IMG/VR virus record: IMGVR_UViG_3300046786_000748 | Location: 32,001 to 96,000 of that record | DNA: 64,000 bases | Reading direction: 5' to 3' (one strand) | DNA from: a virus | Shown: positions 44,626-54,964 of the stretch, piece after piece | How positions within the stretch are numbered: the first letter of the stretch is position 1 | Layout of the letters: each line of letters starts with the position of its first letter | The notes under the pieces: model-generated | What the model saw: only the letters and a program-made list of their open reading frames with translations | Told to the model about the DNA's origin: nothing | Databases searched by the model: none | Made by a program: the position numbers and the translations under genes

Positions 44626-45891
44626 TCAAAAATCCAATCTGATCTTAATCAAAAGTTCGTTTTCAAACGATTTAACTGCTGGACGACTTAGTTTAGCAAC
44701 CGCAACTAATTCATTTGTATCATTATACAAACCAATTGTTGTGATATAAGTTCTTGGATCTGTATAAAACTCTTCATTTCTAATAGTACCAGCCGTTGGT
44801 TTAGTTCCGTCAATTAAAGTTTCTGTTCCATCATACACATAAGTAGGATTGTTAGAAAAATTAAAATCACGATTCTTAACTCTCACGAAATAATGTTTCG
44901 AAGGAACATATTCGCTTTTACGAACAACCATTGACTTCTGAGAATGTCTGATAGACCAGAAAAATACTTGAGTATTGTTTTGATTTCCTAAATCGGCATC
45001 CAGTGTAGAATTCCATCCAACATCACCATCATTCAAAGCAGAATAACCCAACCCTGGGTTCATACCATCACTCTTGGAACCTGTCCAATAACTTGCAGAA
45101 GGTGGTTCTGCAAAATTTGCACCATCGCTGTTAGTTACAAACCTATTGGCAATAGTATTATTTGTTGACGACAATCCACCTTTATACCCCAACAATTCAT
45201 TTAATTTAGAAGCATTAAATACAACAATGCCATCGTTTGGATAAAGCAATCCAATTGCGTTATAATCTGGTCTTGATCTAGGAACATTAGCAAGAGATCC
45301 TGTTACCAATTGATACACCGATTGGACTTTTCCTGTATAGAACGAATCGTCTATAAAAGTCATCACCGTGTTGGTGCCATTAGTAGCAGCCAAAGAAATT
45401 TCAAACACACCTTCATCAATTTTATCTTTGGTTTTGTATGTAGAAAAGTTAACTACATAGATATCTTCAGCGTTTACTTCCGTACTTCCTGATTTCATGG
45501 TAAACCTACCATCCAAATCAGTATTTCCTAAAAGTAAATTCTTGTATTGGTTATAAATTACTTTTGTTGGAAATGCTTTGATTGATCCTGTTTCGAAATC
45601 AAATGATCCGCTTCCACCAACATGTCCATATGCTATAGAAAAATATGGTTCCTTGTAGGTATTCTTATAAACCAAACTTGGATAGACATCGGTGTAGTAC
45701 AAAGTCTTTCTTATGTCATATGGAGAAGAACCAAACGCTGTGGAAGGAGTTTGTGTGTTTGATAATTCCCAGAAGTTACTTTCAAAAAAGCTTGATGTCC
45801 AGTACGTGCTGCCGTCAGGCCAAAATCCACTGGAAACTTTTGTAGTCCTTCCTTCTACAATATCAGTTGGGTCAAATGTTTTGAATATCAT
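44626..45891 (-). CDS. Baseplate/tail structural protein
   Basis: 421 aa; FNFSNNPT...TYITTIGLYND..ELVAVAKLSRP...RLDF. Confidence 0.65.
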   Translation of the reverse strand: MIFKTFDPTDIVEGRTTKVSSGFWPDGSTYWTSSFFESNFWELSNTQTPSTAFGSSPYDIRKTLYYTDVYPSLVYKNTYKEPYFSIAYGHVGGSGSFDFETGSIKAFPTKVIYNQYKNLLLGNTDLDGRFTMKSGSTEVNAEDIYVVNFSTYKTKDKIDEGVFEISLAATNGTNTVMTFIDDSFYTGKVQSVYQLVTGSLANVPRSRPDYNAIGLLYPNDGIVVFNASKLNELLGYKGGLSSTNNTIANRFVTNSDGANFAEPPSASYWTGSKSDGMNPGLGYSALNDGDVGWNSTLDADLGNQNNTQVFFWSIRHSQKSMVVRKSEYVPSKHYFVRVKNRDFNFSNNPTYVYDGTETLIDGTKPTAGTIRNEEFYTDPRTYITTIGLYNDTNELVAVAKLSRPAVKSFENELLIKIRLDF

Positions 45892-45904
45892 ATTTTTCTA
45901 AAAT

Positions 45905-46543
45905 TTAGCTTGTTGGAACAGTGACAGTCACTTCAATGCTTGTCGAACCACCACTTTCATTTCCAACGATGGTTAGATTAGTCGTAGTAGTTTTGCTCAA
46001 AGAACTGTTAGGAACAAATCGGAATTTTTTACCAACCGCTACTTGAGCAGATGTTGTCTGAACATCACCGGCAAACGTTGGAATGGTATTTGAAACAGAA
46101 TTGACAGCGTTTGTTTCTTCAACAATCAAAACCCCCACGTTTTTGTTTCCAAGAATAGCTGTATATCCAAGAGTAAGGTTGTATGCTGGGTTTGTGGAGG
46201 GTGAAACAATAATCTCTCCCGTATAATCTCTAGATACCGAAATCTTATCTTGAGCAATAGTGATTGTTGGAATAGAAGTTACACCTTGGTTTAACGTAAC
46301 AAGTTTATACTTCATTGTTTGCGTTTCATCAGACAATGGTTCAAAGATTGGTGTATTCCTCAAAGCGATATCATAAAACGCACTGCCGTTTGGATGATCT
46401 GAGTTATAAAGGCTGTAGTCGATTTCGTCATCGGCTAAAGCAAAAGCGGTGATATTCAAATTGCCGTTCTTAGCAAGCAGTTCACGACCTTTTTTGGTCA
46501 AAATTGCGTCCACCGTAATAGTTTGATTGTCGATATATGCCAT
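45905..46543 (-). CDS. Baseplate/tail structural protein
   Basis: MAYIDN..ITVDAILTKKGRELLA...FALADDEIDY; variant motif TACTTATA at 46579-46572 upstream. Confidence 0.65.
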   Translation of the reverse strand: MAYIDNQTITVDAILTKKGRELLAKNGNLNITAFALADDEIDYSLYNSDHPNGSAFYDIALRNTPIFEPLSDETQTMKYKLVTLNQGVTSIPTITIAQDKISVSRDYTGEIIVSPSTNPAYNLTLGYTAILGNKNVGVLIVEETNAVNSVSNTIPTFAGDVQTTSAQVAVGKKFRFVPNSSLSKTTTTNLTIVGNESGGSTSIEVTVTVPTS

Positions 46544-46609
46544 AAACTTACTCTTATTTGGTTATCTTAGTTATAAGTATCAATGTATCCGTGAATTTTT
46601 ACATTTTAT

Positions 46610-49600
46610 TTACGACAACACATTCTCCGTTTTAACTACATTAATGTTAGAAACATTAATGGTTTGAACAGGAATCGTATTGTCTTCCAACCCATCTTGA
46701 CCAACAGTTGTCATTTCAGTTTGTCTAGATTTAATATATCTATCAAAAGATTGTTGTATAGATCTAAAATATGAAACTGGTCTATTTCCATAAGTGTCAG
46801 GAGATCCTAACGAAGACGAAATAACAATGTTTAAATTGACCGTTTTTGGTTTGGATTCTTTAGAGAAGATGATCTTTTTATGATTCAAATGGTTTCTTGA
46901 ATATCCATCAAATGTCTCATAGTATTGTTCAGCGTCCGAATAAACTATATAATAATTACTTAATCCGCTCCCTCCTGCCATGACAGACGAGTAGTAAATG
47001 TTATTGGTTTTAACATTAGGTCTGGACTTAAACGTTCCAACATCAAAATATAAAATTGCATTATCTGCATCAACACTAATTTTTGGTGAATATTGAGGCA
47101 AATTTGGTTGGAACAATGAAGTCAAAGGTATTGTTAACGATAAGGAAGAAGTATATACCAAACTTTCGTAAACGACTCCCTTCCACACTTCGGTTTTATA
47201 AAGCATCACCGATTGTGAACCTACGGTTTGGGGTTGTGAATATTCGCCGACTCTATACCAAACGTTTTCTTTATTCCAATTCTTAATAAGGTATCTATCG
47301 TCACTTCCAGAAAATTTCGTCTCTACTATTTTGCCGTTTTTATCACAATGAACGCCTAATTCATCCGGATTCTCAATATCCAAAATTATTCCAGAACGTA
47401 TCGTTGATTTATAATCTTGAGTTGGTTTTCTTACTAAAGATAAGTTTATTGGTGCTGTTAAATTTTTCTCCAGACTATTAACCACGGTTGTTAAGTTTTC
47501 ATCGGTTTTGGTATAATAATAACAATTCTTTAAATAGAAGAATCCGCTTCCTGTATAATAAAATCCAGGAGCTACTTGATTTCCTAATGAAAATTGTGAA
47601 ATGTATTTTATTTGATTTCCGTTTGGAATAACAATTGGCCATTCAGGATGATTTTCTATAGAGTTTATACCGCCAACATCAGGATATTGTTTTATCCACC
47701 CCTCACTAACATATTTCAAAAGCGGTTTTAATCTAAGAAACTCTTTATAATCAACGCTTGTTATATTGTGTGGCCCTGGACTTAAGTAAAACGGTATGTT
47801 TTCATACATCTGCGAACCATACAAATCCTTATTCATTCGGAAATCGGCGGATATAACATCTCCACCAACACTTCCACCAGCGTAAACTTTGTCTAATACA
47901 GATACACTTTGTTTCCAAGGCGTGTTTGAACTTGTTGTGGCTTCACACGTATCAGAAGTGATGGGTTTATATTGATATTTTGGCCTTTCCAACACAGTTG
48001 GTTCAATTAAAATTCCAGTCAAAATAGTATTTCTAGATGGAACCAACTGTTTTACAGTTTCAAAGATAGACTTATCAAAGTAGAACTTATACAATGTAAA
48101 CATTTCATTATAATATGTTCTTTTATTTCCGCTTTCGTTGTAAGTCTCCCGTACATCTTTCAACAAACGATATCGGTCTTCAAACATCTGAGATGGTTCA
48201 GCAATCAAACTCATTACACCATAATCGCCTAAATATCTGAAAATGTCTCGGTTTTTATAACTGTTTGGATCCGCAAATAAACCTATTTGATTTGAATCGG
48301 GAGCAACAAATTGATTCGGAGAATAAGTCGATCTATCGTTTGGATCTAATCTTGCTGCTAATTCCAATTCAGTTTTCTTTACCTTTTGATTTTTAAACTT
48401 ATTCGGACCATAACTAGTTATCGTATAAGTTTGATTATACGAAATGTCTTGGAATTGATAAGGATATACTGAATGAGAAGTGTTGACACAACTATCTACA
48501 GAAGACGACGATTCTTGTATTCCGAAGTTATGAGCCGTCATCCAAATTGAAGATGAATACGTTTCGTTTTGATTGACGATTACACAAGGATTTGCTAAGT
48601 TCAAATCCACTGGATAATCAAAATTCATTCTAAAATACAGTGTATCGTGCGTATCAAACGAGCCAGTACAACTGTAAGAATTAATATTGTTACAATGATC
48701 GTTAAACGTATTATCAGATATAGGAGAATCCCAAATTAAAACTTTGTCTAAAATTCCTTCGAAACTAGAAGAACTTTCGTAATTGCCGAAGTGTAAAGTA
48801 CCTATTTCCGAAAATTTAGAATTATATGTTTGGGTAAAAACATCCGATTTTGAAGAACTAAAAATAGTTCTTCCATCTTCTTTCCTTTGAGCCCATAAAT
48901 CGTATTTAGTAGGAATCAAATCATCTGTAGCATTGTATTCAAAAAGTCCATCTGGATCATTCTTACGAACCATTAAATTAAAAATTTCTCCCGTGAATAT
49001 AGGAATTGGATCTGATAAAAGATACTTATCAGATTGTCTAAACGGTCTTTCTGAAAGAGCAACGTAATTTTTTTCAATTACCAAAGAACCTTCTACAATG
49101 CTGTGACTTGGAAGTGTACAAATTCCTGTATCAGGAATGAAATTTCCATACATGTCATAGAGAGAGAACGTGAGTTTATTTCCTCTAGATTCTATTAAGC
49201 TATATCCGTGGTTTGAATTCCATCTGAATTTACTTTGAGCTGGATTATTTGGGAACGAATACAACGTATCTCCTCCTGCTCCTTGTATAATTAACGTTAC
49301 GTTGTTAGATTCCAATCTTTCATAGAAATGATCGTGGCCTGTCAAACACAAATCTATTCCCCACGCGTTCCAAGGCCATTCCATCCAAGTTCCCAAATGG
49401 CCAACTACTCCGGAAGAAATCCAAGGATGATGAAAAACAGCGACCCTCCAAAGAATATTTTTATCGGATACCGAACTAGAAATTTGTTGCTTCAACCATT
49501 TAGATTGAACAGACGTTTGCGTTACACCATCTGGTTCACTATTATCCGAATTCAAACAGAAAAATTGAACGTTTCCTTTCTTAAATGTATAATATCTATG

Positions 49601-52363
49601 ATGTGGTCTTACACTTCCCGTGTCTTGATCCCACGGAGACAGGTTTGAAAAGAAAGCGGTGTAGTGGTTATAATTTACATCTCCTGGAATATCATTATCA
49701 TACTCACCAATTACAGGGAAAAACCTATTAATCAATGCTCCAGAACCACTGACTCCGGTATAAGGATACATGAACTGATGATATAACCGTCCGACGGTAT
49801 CATCAAACGAATTTGTATTGGTTTGATAATTGTTATCCCCAGTGGTTAAAATAAAATCAGGATTTTCAGCAGTCAACGATTCAGCTACTTGAAACGATTG
49901 TGTAGTTGCACCTTGTACAATTCCGTAATCACCAATAACACCAATTGTATAACTAGGATAACCCAATTCGAAATAAGCTCTACCTAAGTGTTTTTCTTTC
50001 TCCTTATAAACTCCCAATGTCCAATCGGCCTGATTATATTTGTTGTATTTAACAGCTAAAGGTATTTTTTGATTTACTATCCAATCTTTAGTAGTATCCA
50101 ATGAAACCTTCATTTCTACCGTCTTTATAGTAGGAACAAACGCAATAGAAAGATATTCTCCATAACCTTTGAAAGTTAACATGAAGAGTTTTTCTTCAAT
50201 CGTGTAAGAGGTTTTGTCCGTATCAGTATAATCCGTACCACCATATTCACGAATGCTTACTAATGTTGAAGGTATTCCATAACAAGCAAGAATCAATTTG
50301 ATACACTCTTCTGTTCCTTTGGTTTTGTAAATTAAAGGAAGTGTGTTAAGAATTCTATTCCACGCCTGTCTAGTTCTTTCATCAGCAGAAATTTCACTAG
50401 ACCCACCTAAATTTGAATCCAAATAGTTATCAGAAATACTCAACGATTCCAATGAAGCGTCTAGTTTCCATCCAAAAGACTGAAGCATATTCTGCAACAA
50501 ATTTTTGGAATATTCGTCTGAATTATCGGCTGATTTTTGGGAAGGCAAATACTTTATGTAAAGATACAAGTTGTCAAAATAGTGACCTACCATTGACAAG
50601 AAAATGAGATAATCATCATTTCCAGAATCGTTAATGATATGTTCAGGAGTGTTATTTACTAAACTATCTCTATTGAACTTATCATATCTAACAGATTCAT
50701 CATCCATATTTTCCACAAACGAAGCACTGTAAAAAGATCTGTCTGAATATTGATAATAACCCGTCTTGTAGAGATACGACTCAAATCCATCAAACGAATC
50801 TATAATTTCATTCTTTTGGTCCTGTATAGTTTCTTTTTCCGATGTATAGTAAGGATATGAATATCCCGAACTAGAGTAATTTGTTTCAAGCGTAATTAAA
50901 CTACTATCCAAGCCCGAAATGGAAATCATTTTGTTCTTGAAAATGTTGTGTCTCAACTCCGCTGATGAAAATATAACGAAATTACTAAACGAAGAATAAT
51001 CTACGTTCAATTCCTTAATCTTTTTGTTTACATCAACATCCTGTATATTGGAAGCATCAGTTTCCAAATCTTGATAATTGAAGTAAGTGTTTGTATTTGA
51101 AAAGGTTACGTCTGCAACATTGGTTGTAAAATCTGGAGGAGAAATTTTTAATGTTTTGATTAAACCGCTTTCTTGTATGATAACGTTAAACAAGAACGGT
51201 ATCATTGCTATGTTTGATACCCAAACTTTAGATTTAATTGAAAGTTCGTCTGAAAGAGGATTTTGAAGTTTGACGAGTAATGTTAATGGATCTTTTTCAG
51301 AAATCCGTTCATCAACATAAGATGTATTTAAAATCGGATTATATTTTCCACCTTCCCAAGACAAAGCGTTTTTGATAGGACCACGATATTTCTCATTATA
51401 TCTAGTTTTCAAAAGTTCGTGGATTTCGTAAAAATAATACTTTGTAAAAACATCAAAAACGTATTGTCTGGCAGATTTATATTGTTCAGATTTGAAATTT
51501 ATAAACAGTATATCCAATCTTTGATTTACCGATTTATCAAACTCGTTTTTGATTTCGTCAAATTTAAAAATCAAATCCGTCTTTGAAATTAAAAAGTTAT
51601 TGAAATAAGTTCTTATGCCTTGTATTCTTACAAACGGATTGTTTTTGCCTTCCGATGTAGAATACTGAATGAAGTCTTCATATAAGAATTTTAGAAATTC
51701 CACGAATTTACCGTCACTTGGAATAAAGAACATGTTTTTTATCAAAACAATTTCATCTTCATTTCCTGGTTGGGAGTTTTTGTAAACTTTATTGTATGGA
51801 CAATCCTTAACAAGTTGTAAATATAATGGTGAAACATCGTCCAACGGAACTTTGTCTAAACAAAAAGCATTATAATACTGAGTAGTTTGTTCAAACGGAA
51901 TTAACTTGATTTCCGTTTTACTTGGCGAGATGTCTTTTATAACAAGCGGCGCCGTCGGCGTCCCTGCGAGGTAACGTGTGAGCTGATAACCGACAATGTA
52001 GTTGCCATAAGGCAAATTAGATTGAGACAAATGTAACGCAGGCTCGACAAGAACCTTTTCGGTTTTGTACAGCGGCAAACCATACACAAACTGCCTATAC
52101 TCATAAGGGATTGCTTGATTTTTGTTATCATAATAAGTTAAGATTGCAGTTTTGTATTCACCGAGGTTTTCAAAATATTTCCAACTTAACAAATTCTCGT
52201 TTAAATCGTAAACAGAAAACTCTATAGAATCTTTTTCAGAAATTCCATACCAAAAATCTCCCTGTGGATTTTTAACAAAAAGTTGATAATCAGATTCATT
52301 TATGTATGAACCTGAATCGATACTTGCTGTCACATTAGACGTGTATGGATACAAAAATGACAT
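46610..52363 (-). CDS. Large baseplate wedge-like protein with LamG-like domain and inserted metallophosphoesterase
   Basis: 1917 aa; LIYKTKGTEECIKLIL (wedge/gpI-type KGT motif); FEGILDKVLIWDSPIS (LamG end); GDYG/GDNNY/HHP/GHDH insert. Confidence 0.7.
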   Translation of the reverse strand: MSFLYPYTSNVTASIDSGSYINESDYQLFVKNPQGDFWYGISEKDSIEFSVYDLNENLLSWKYFENLGEYKTAILTYYDNKNQAIPYEYRQFVYGLPLYKTEKVLVEPALHLSQSNLPYGNYIVGYQLTRYLAGTPTAPLVIKDISPSKTEIKLIPFEQTTQYYNAFCLDKVPLDDVSPLYLQLVKDCPYNKVYKNSQPGNEDEIVLIKNMFFIPSDGKFVEFLKFLYEDFIQYSTSEGKNNPFVRIQGIRTYFNNFLISKTDLIFKFDEIKNEFDKSVNQRLDILFINFKSEQYKSARQYVFDVFTKYYFYEIHELLKTRYNEKYRGPIKNALSWEGGKYNPILNTSYVDERISEKDPLTLLVKLQNPLSDELSIKSKVWVSNIAMIPFLFNVIIQESGLIKTLKISPPDFTTNVADVTFSNTNTYFNYQDLETDASNIQDVDVNKKIKELNVDYSSFSNFVIFSSAELRHNIFKNKMISISGLDSSLITLETNYSSSGYSYPYYTSEKETIQDQKNEIIDSFDGFESYLYKTGYYQYSDRSFYSASFVENMDDESVRYDKFNRDSLVNNTPEHIINDSGNDDYLIFLSMVGHYFDNLYLYIKYLPSQKSADNSDEYSKNLLQNMLQSFGWKLDASLESLSISDNYLDSNLGGSSEISADERTRQAWNRILNTLPLIYKTKGTEECIKLILACYGIPSTLVSIREYGGTDYTDTDKTSYTIEEKLFMLTFKGYGEYLSIAFVPTIKTVEMKVSLDTTKDWIVNQKIPLAVKYNKYNQADWTLGVYKEKEKHLGRAYFELGYPSYTIGVIGDYGIVQGATTQSFQVAESLTAENPDFILTTGDNNYQTNTNSFDDTVGRLYHQFMYPYTGVSGSGALINRFFPVIGEYDNDIPGDVNYNHYTAFFSNLSPWDQDTGSVRPHHRYYTFKKGNVQFFCLNSDNSEPDGVTQTSVQSKWLKQQISSSVSDKNILWRVAVFHHPWISSGVVGHLGTWMEWPWNAWGIDLCLTGHDHFYERLESNNVTLIIQGAGGDTLYSFPNNPAQSKFRWNSNHGYSLIESRGNKLTFSLYDMYGNFIPDTGICTLPSHSIVEGSLVIEKNYVALSERPFRQSDKYLLSDPIPIFTGEIFNLMVRKNDPDGLFEYNATDDLIPTKYDLWAQRKEDGRTIFSSSKSDVFTQTYNSKFSEIGTLHFGNYESSSSFEGILDKVLIWDSPISDNTFNDHCNNINSYSCTGSFDTHDTLYFRMNFDYPVDLNLANPCVIVNQNETYSSSIWMTAHNFGIQESSSSVDSCVNTSHSVYPYQFQDISYNQTYTITSYGPNKFKNQKVKKTELELAARLDPNDRSTYSPNQFVAPDSNQIGLFADPNSYKNRDIFRYLGDYGVMSLIAEPSQMFEDRYRLLKDVRETYNESGNKRTYYNEMFTLYKFYFDKSIFETVKQLVPSRNTILTGILIEPTVLERPKYQYKPITSDTCEATTSSNTPWKQSVSVLDKVYAGGSVGGDVISADFRMNKDLYGSQMYENIPFYLSPGPHNITSVDYKEFLRLKPLLKYVSEGWIKQYPDVGGINSIENHPEWPIVIPNGNQIKYISQFSLGNQVAPGFYYTGSGFFYLKNCYYYTKTDENLTTVVNSLEKNLTAPINLSLVRKPTQDYKSTIRSGIILDIENPDELGVHCDKNGKIVETKFSGSDDRYLIKNWNKENVWYRVGEYSQPQTVGSQSVMLYKTEVWKGVVYESLVYTSSLSLTIPLTSLFQPNLPQYSPKISVDADNAILYFDVGTFKSRPNVKTNNIYYSSVMAGGSGLSNYYIVYSDAEQYYETFDGYSRNHLNHKKIIFSKESKPKTVNLNIVISSSLGSPDTYGNRPVSYFRSIQQSFDRYIKSRQTEMTTVGQDGLEDNTIPVQTINVSNINVVKTENVLS

Positions 52364-52367
52364 AGTA

Positions 52368-52808
52368 TTATTTAGTTATAGGCAGATATGGGAAAGTGAC
52401 AGAGAAATCTCTTTCCGCAATTCCCTGTTTCAAAGAAATTCTCAACTCAAGTATCACTTGTTTGATAGCCAATCTTTCCGATTCTGTTATGTTTTCATCT
52501 ACCATCTCGGTAAGAAATGATAACCGTTCTTTCAGTTCTTTATTTTCAGTTTCCAAATTGGATGATTCTTGATTTTCAGATACAACTACTGATTGAACAG
52601 TTGTTGGAAGAAATTCAGAAAACTCCGTATTATAAAAAGAAGAAATCTTCTGATTATCGTATACATAATCGATTAATGGTATAGAAAGATACTGTTCAGT
52701 AAAATCCGTTGGAATCTTTTTGAAAACCAAGTTTCCGCCTTCATCAAACTTGTAATCATAAGTTCCATATTTCTGAAAGGCATCAATTTCCTTTGAAAAA
52801 TCAGTCAT
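52368..52808 (-). CDS. Hypothetical baseplate-region protein
   Basis: 146 aa with C-terminal coiled coil; within the baseplate operon. Confidence 0.65.
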   Translation of the reverse strand: MTDFSKEIDAFQKYGTYDYKFDEGGNLVFKKIPTDFTEQYLSIPLIDYVYDNQKISSFYNTEFSEFLPTTVQSVVVSENQESSNLETENKELKERLSFLTEMVDENITESERLAIKQVILELRISLKQGIAERDFSVTFPYLPITK

Positions 52809-52812
52809 AAAA

Positions 52813-54963
52813 TTATCTTCTTACTTGAAATATAGCATTGTTATCGAATGTATAAACATTTCCATCCAAACACTCCACCTTGATTACAATTTTGTAATAT
52901 CTCTCCTTTTCAAGAGCAGACGTGTTTAAATCAAAATAATGACCATCTAAGTCACAACTTATCTTAGTATAATTATCGAAACTGACTACAAATTCTTCAG
53001 TTTCATTATCTTGAATAGCATAAAAACTACTGCTTGGAAGAAGTTTTGTTTTCACATAAGCCGATTGTTGTGATGCTTTCTCAAACGTCTTCAATGGCAT
53101 ATTTTCTCTAGCAAAAATGTTTATTCTAGGATTATCACCGAAAGTATATTCTCTTTTTAAATTTTGAATAGTTATCACAAACGGTTTCTCGGAACTTATA
53201 GTTGAAAACGAACTTCCTGTAATAACGACGCTGCTTGTAAAAGCAACACTTGAAGTTAAATACGAATGACTTCCAGTGAATGGAATAACCGCTGTCGCTC
53301 CTTTCAACAAACCGCTTACAAACACTCCACTAAACGTACCTCCTGAAAAACTACTGGAATAAACATATCCCAACAAACTTCCACCAATTGAAGAATTTTG
53401 TAAAGCAACTGTTGTCAATCCATGTAAAGTAGGGATGCTTCCTGACAAACCATAACTTAGAAAAACGTTTTCATTGAAAGACCCCGATAAGAATCCCGTT
53501 ATCATCGACTGACTTACTTCACCCTCGACCTGACATCCAGTAAAATCACCAGTAGTTAATGATGCAGATATAAACCTAGTACCGTTAATATCAAGGGATG
53601 ATGTTCCCAAAATGTTTCCTTCTATTAGAAGTCCGTTGATTGTCTCTGAGTTTCCGTATGTTAAAATGGATGATCCGGAACCTATTACTCCATCTTGGTC
53701 TGTTATTAAAAACGAGTTTCCGGACAAACTTCCATACGCTGTTTTTCCTGTTATAGAAACGCCGTTAGAAATACTTCCACTAAATCGGGGCGGATATGTT
53801 GTAATCGTTACACTTCCTGTCCCAAAGCTTCCTGTTAACCAAACACTATCATCCCACGCGATATCCAAATGTGGTGAGTAAATAGTGTTTGTTTCTCGGC
53901 TGAAGAAGAACAAATGAGCATTTGAACCGGAAGGGTTGGTTTCTTCAGAACACATTACTATGAAACCATTGTTAGGAACTGATTGATTCAACCAAGCATT
54001 AACTATTGATGTCACATCTATATTAAGATCTGCGGATTCATAAGAGAACGATTGACTACATGGAATGTTATACCAAGTTCCTCCTCCTCTTAAAAACGAT
54101 TCGCTAACATATCCATAATTGCCAAGATAATCTATAGATGATGTTATAATATCACTTCGTTGTGGAGTAAACCAAACACTTCCTGAATATTGATTCCTCC
54201 AATTCCAACTTACTCCTTCGTTTCCACCAGCATCCGACCAATATCCATCACCTTGTACCCAAGTCTGAGAAATCGGAAATGTAAACACAGAGTATTCAAC
54301 TGGAAGTTCTCTTCCTTGAGTTATATACATCTTTAGATAAAACTTAGGATTTGTAATATCACCGGATACAATTGACTGCGAGATGAAAGATAAATCAAAT
54401 TTCAACAGAGAACGTTTAATAAATCGTCTATTAACTATAGATGTGTTTTGTTCATCTCTTATATCATCACCTGTTAAGTATCCAGTTAAACTTCCGGTCG
54501 CATCGTTTAATATTCCAGTAAATGTCGAAAAACAAGTTGTATTCAATGAACCAGATACCCAACCAATAATTGCATTCGCAACAATCGATCCATTAAATCC
54601 CCGAAGACTTCCACTAAAATTGAAACTTGTGAAGGACGATCCTGTTTCATATCCAGTAACACTGCCGGTTAAACTTCCTGAAAAATATCCGGAAGAAAAA
54701 TTGTTATATCCACCAACAATACTTCCTGTGGATATTGAAGAATACAAAAACGCAGAACCAGTAAATCTTCCAGTAAAACTTTCTACTGGCATACCAGAAA
54801 CATAATCGTTAGAATAAGAATATGTTTTAGTATAGTTAATTACTCTAGCGTAACTTTGGCTCACACCCACAACCAACATTTCATCGAGGCCGAAATTCTT
54901 ATCAATTTCAGCCGACTTGTTGCTTACGTAAGCATCTTGTGTTGGATATATGAAATGGTGCAT
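52813..54963 (-). CDS. Structural protein with DNRLRE/CBM96-like domain and [FL]-[TS]-G-S repeats
   Basis: YPTQDAYV...NFGLDEML...RSLLKFDL...DVTSIVNAW...NNGF...FFSRE...PHL. Confidence 0.6.
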   Translation of the reverse strand: MHHFIYPTQDAYVSNKSAEIDKNFGLDEMLVVGVSQSYARVINYTKTYSYSNDYVSGMPVESFTGRFTGSAFLYSSISTGSIVGGYNNFSSGYFSGSLTGSVTGYETGSSFTSFNFSGSLRGFNGSIVANAIIGWVSGSLNTTCFSTFTGILNDATGSLTGYLTGDDIRDEQNTSIVNRRFIKRSLLKFDLSFISQSIVSGDITNPKFYLKMYITQGRELPVEYSVFTFPISQTWVQGDGYWSDAGGNEGVSWNWRNQYSGSVWFTPQRSDIITSSIDYLGNYGYVSESFLRGGGTWYNIPCSQSFSYESADLNIDVTSIVNAWLNQSVPNNGFIVMCSEETNPSGSNAHLFFFSRETNTIYSPHLDIAWDDSVWLTGSFGTGSVTITTYPPRFSGSISNGVSITGKTAYGSLSGNSFLITDQDGVIGSGSSILTYGNSETINGLLIEGNILGTSSLDINGTRFISASLTTGDFTGCQVEGEVSQSMITGFLSGSFNENVFLSYGLSGSIPTLHGLTTVALQNSSIGGSLLGYVYSSSFSGGTFSGVFVSGLLKGATAVIPFTGSHSYLTSSVAFTSSVVITGSSFSTISSEKPFVITIQNLKREYTFGDNPRINIFARENMPLKTFEKASQQSAYVKTKLLPSSSFYAIQDNETEEFVVSFDNYTKISCDLDGHYFDLNTSALEKERYYKIVIKVECLDGNVYTFDNNAIFQVRR

Positions 54964-54964
54964 A

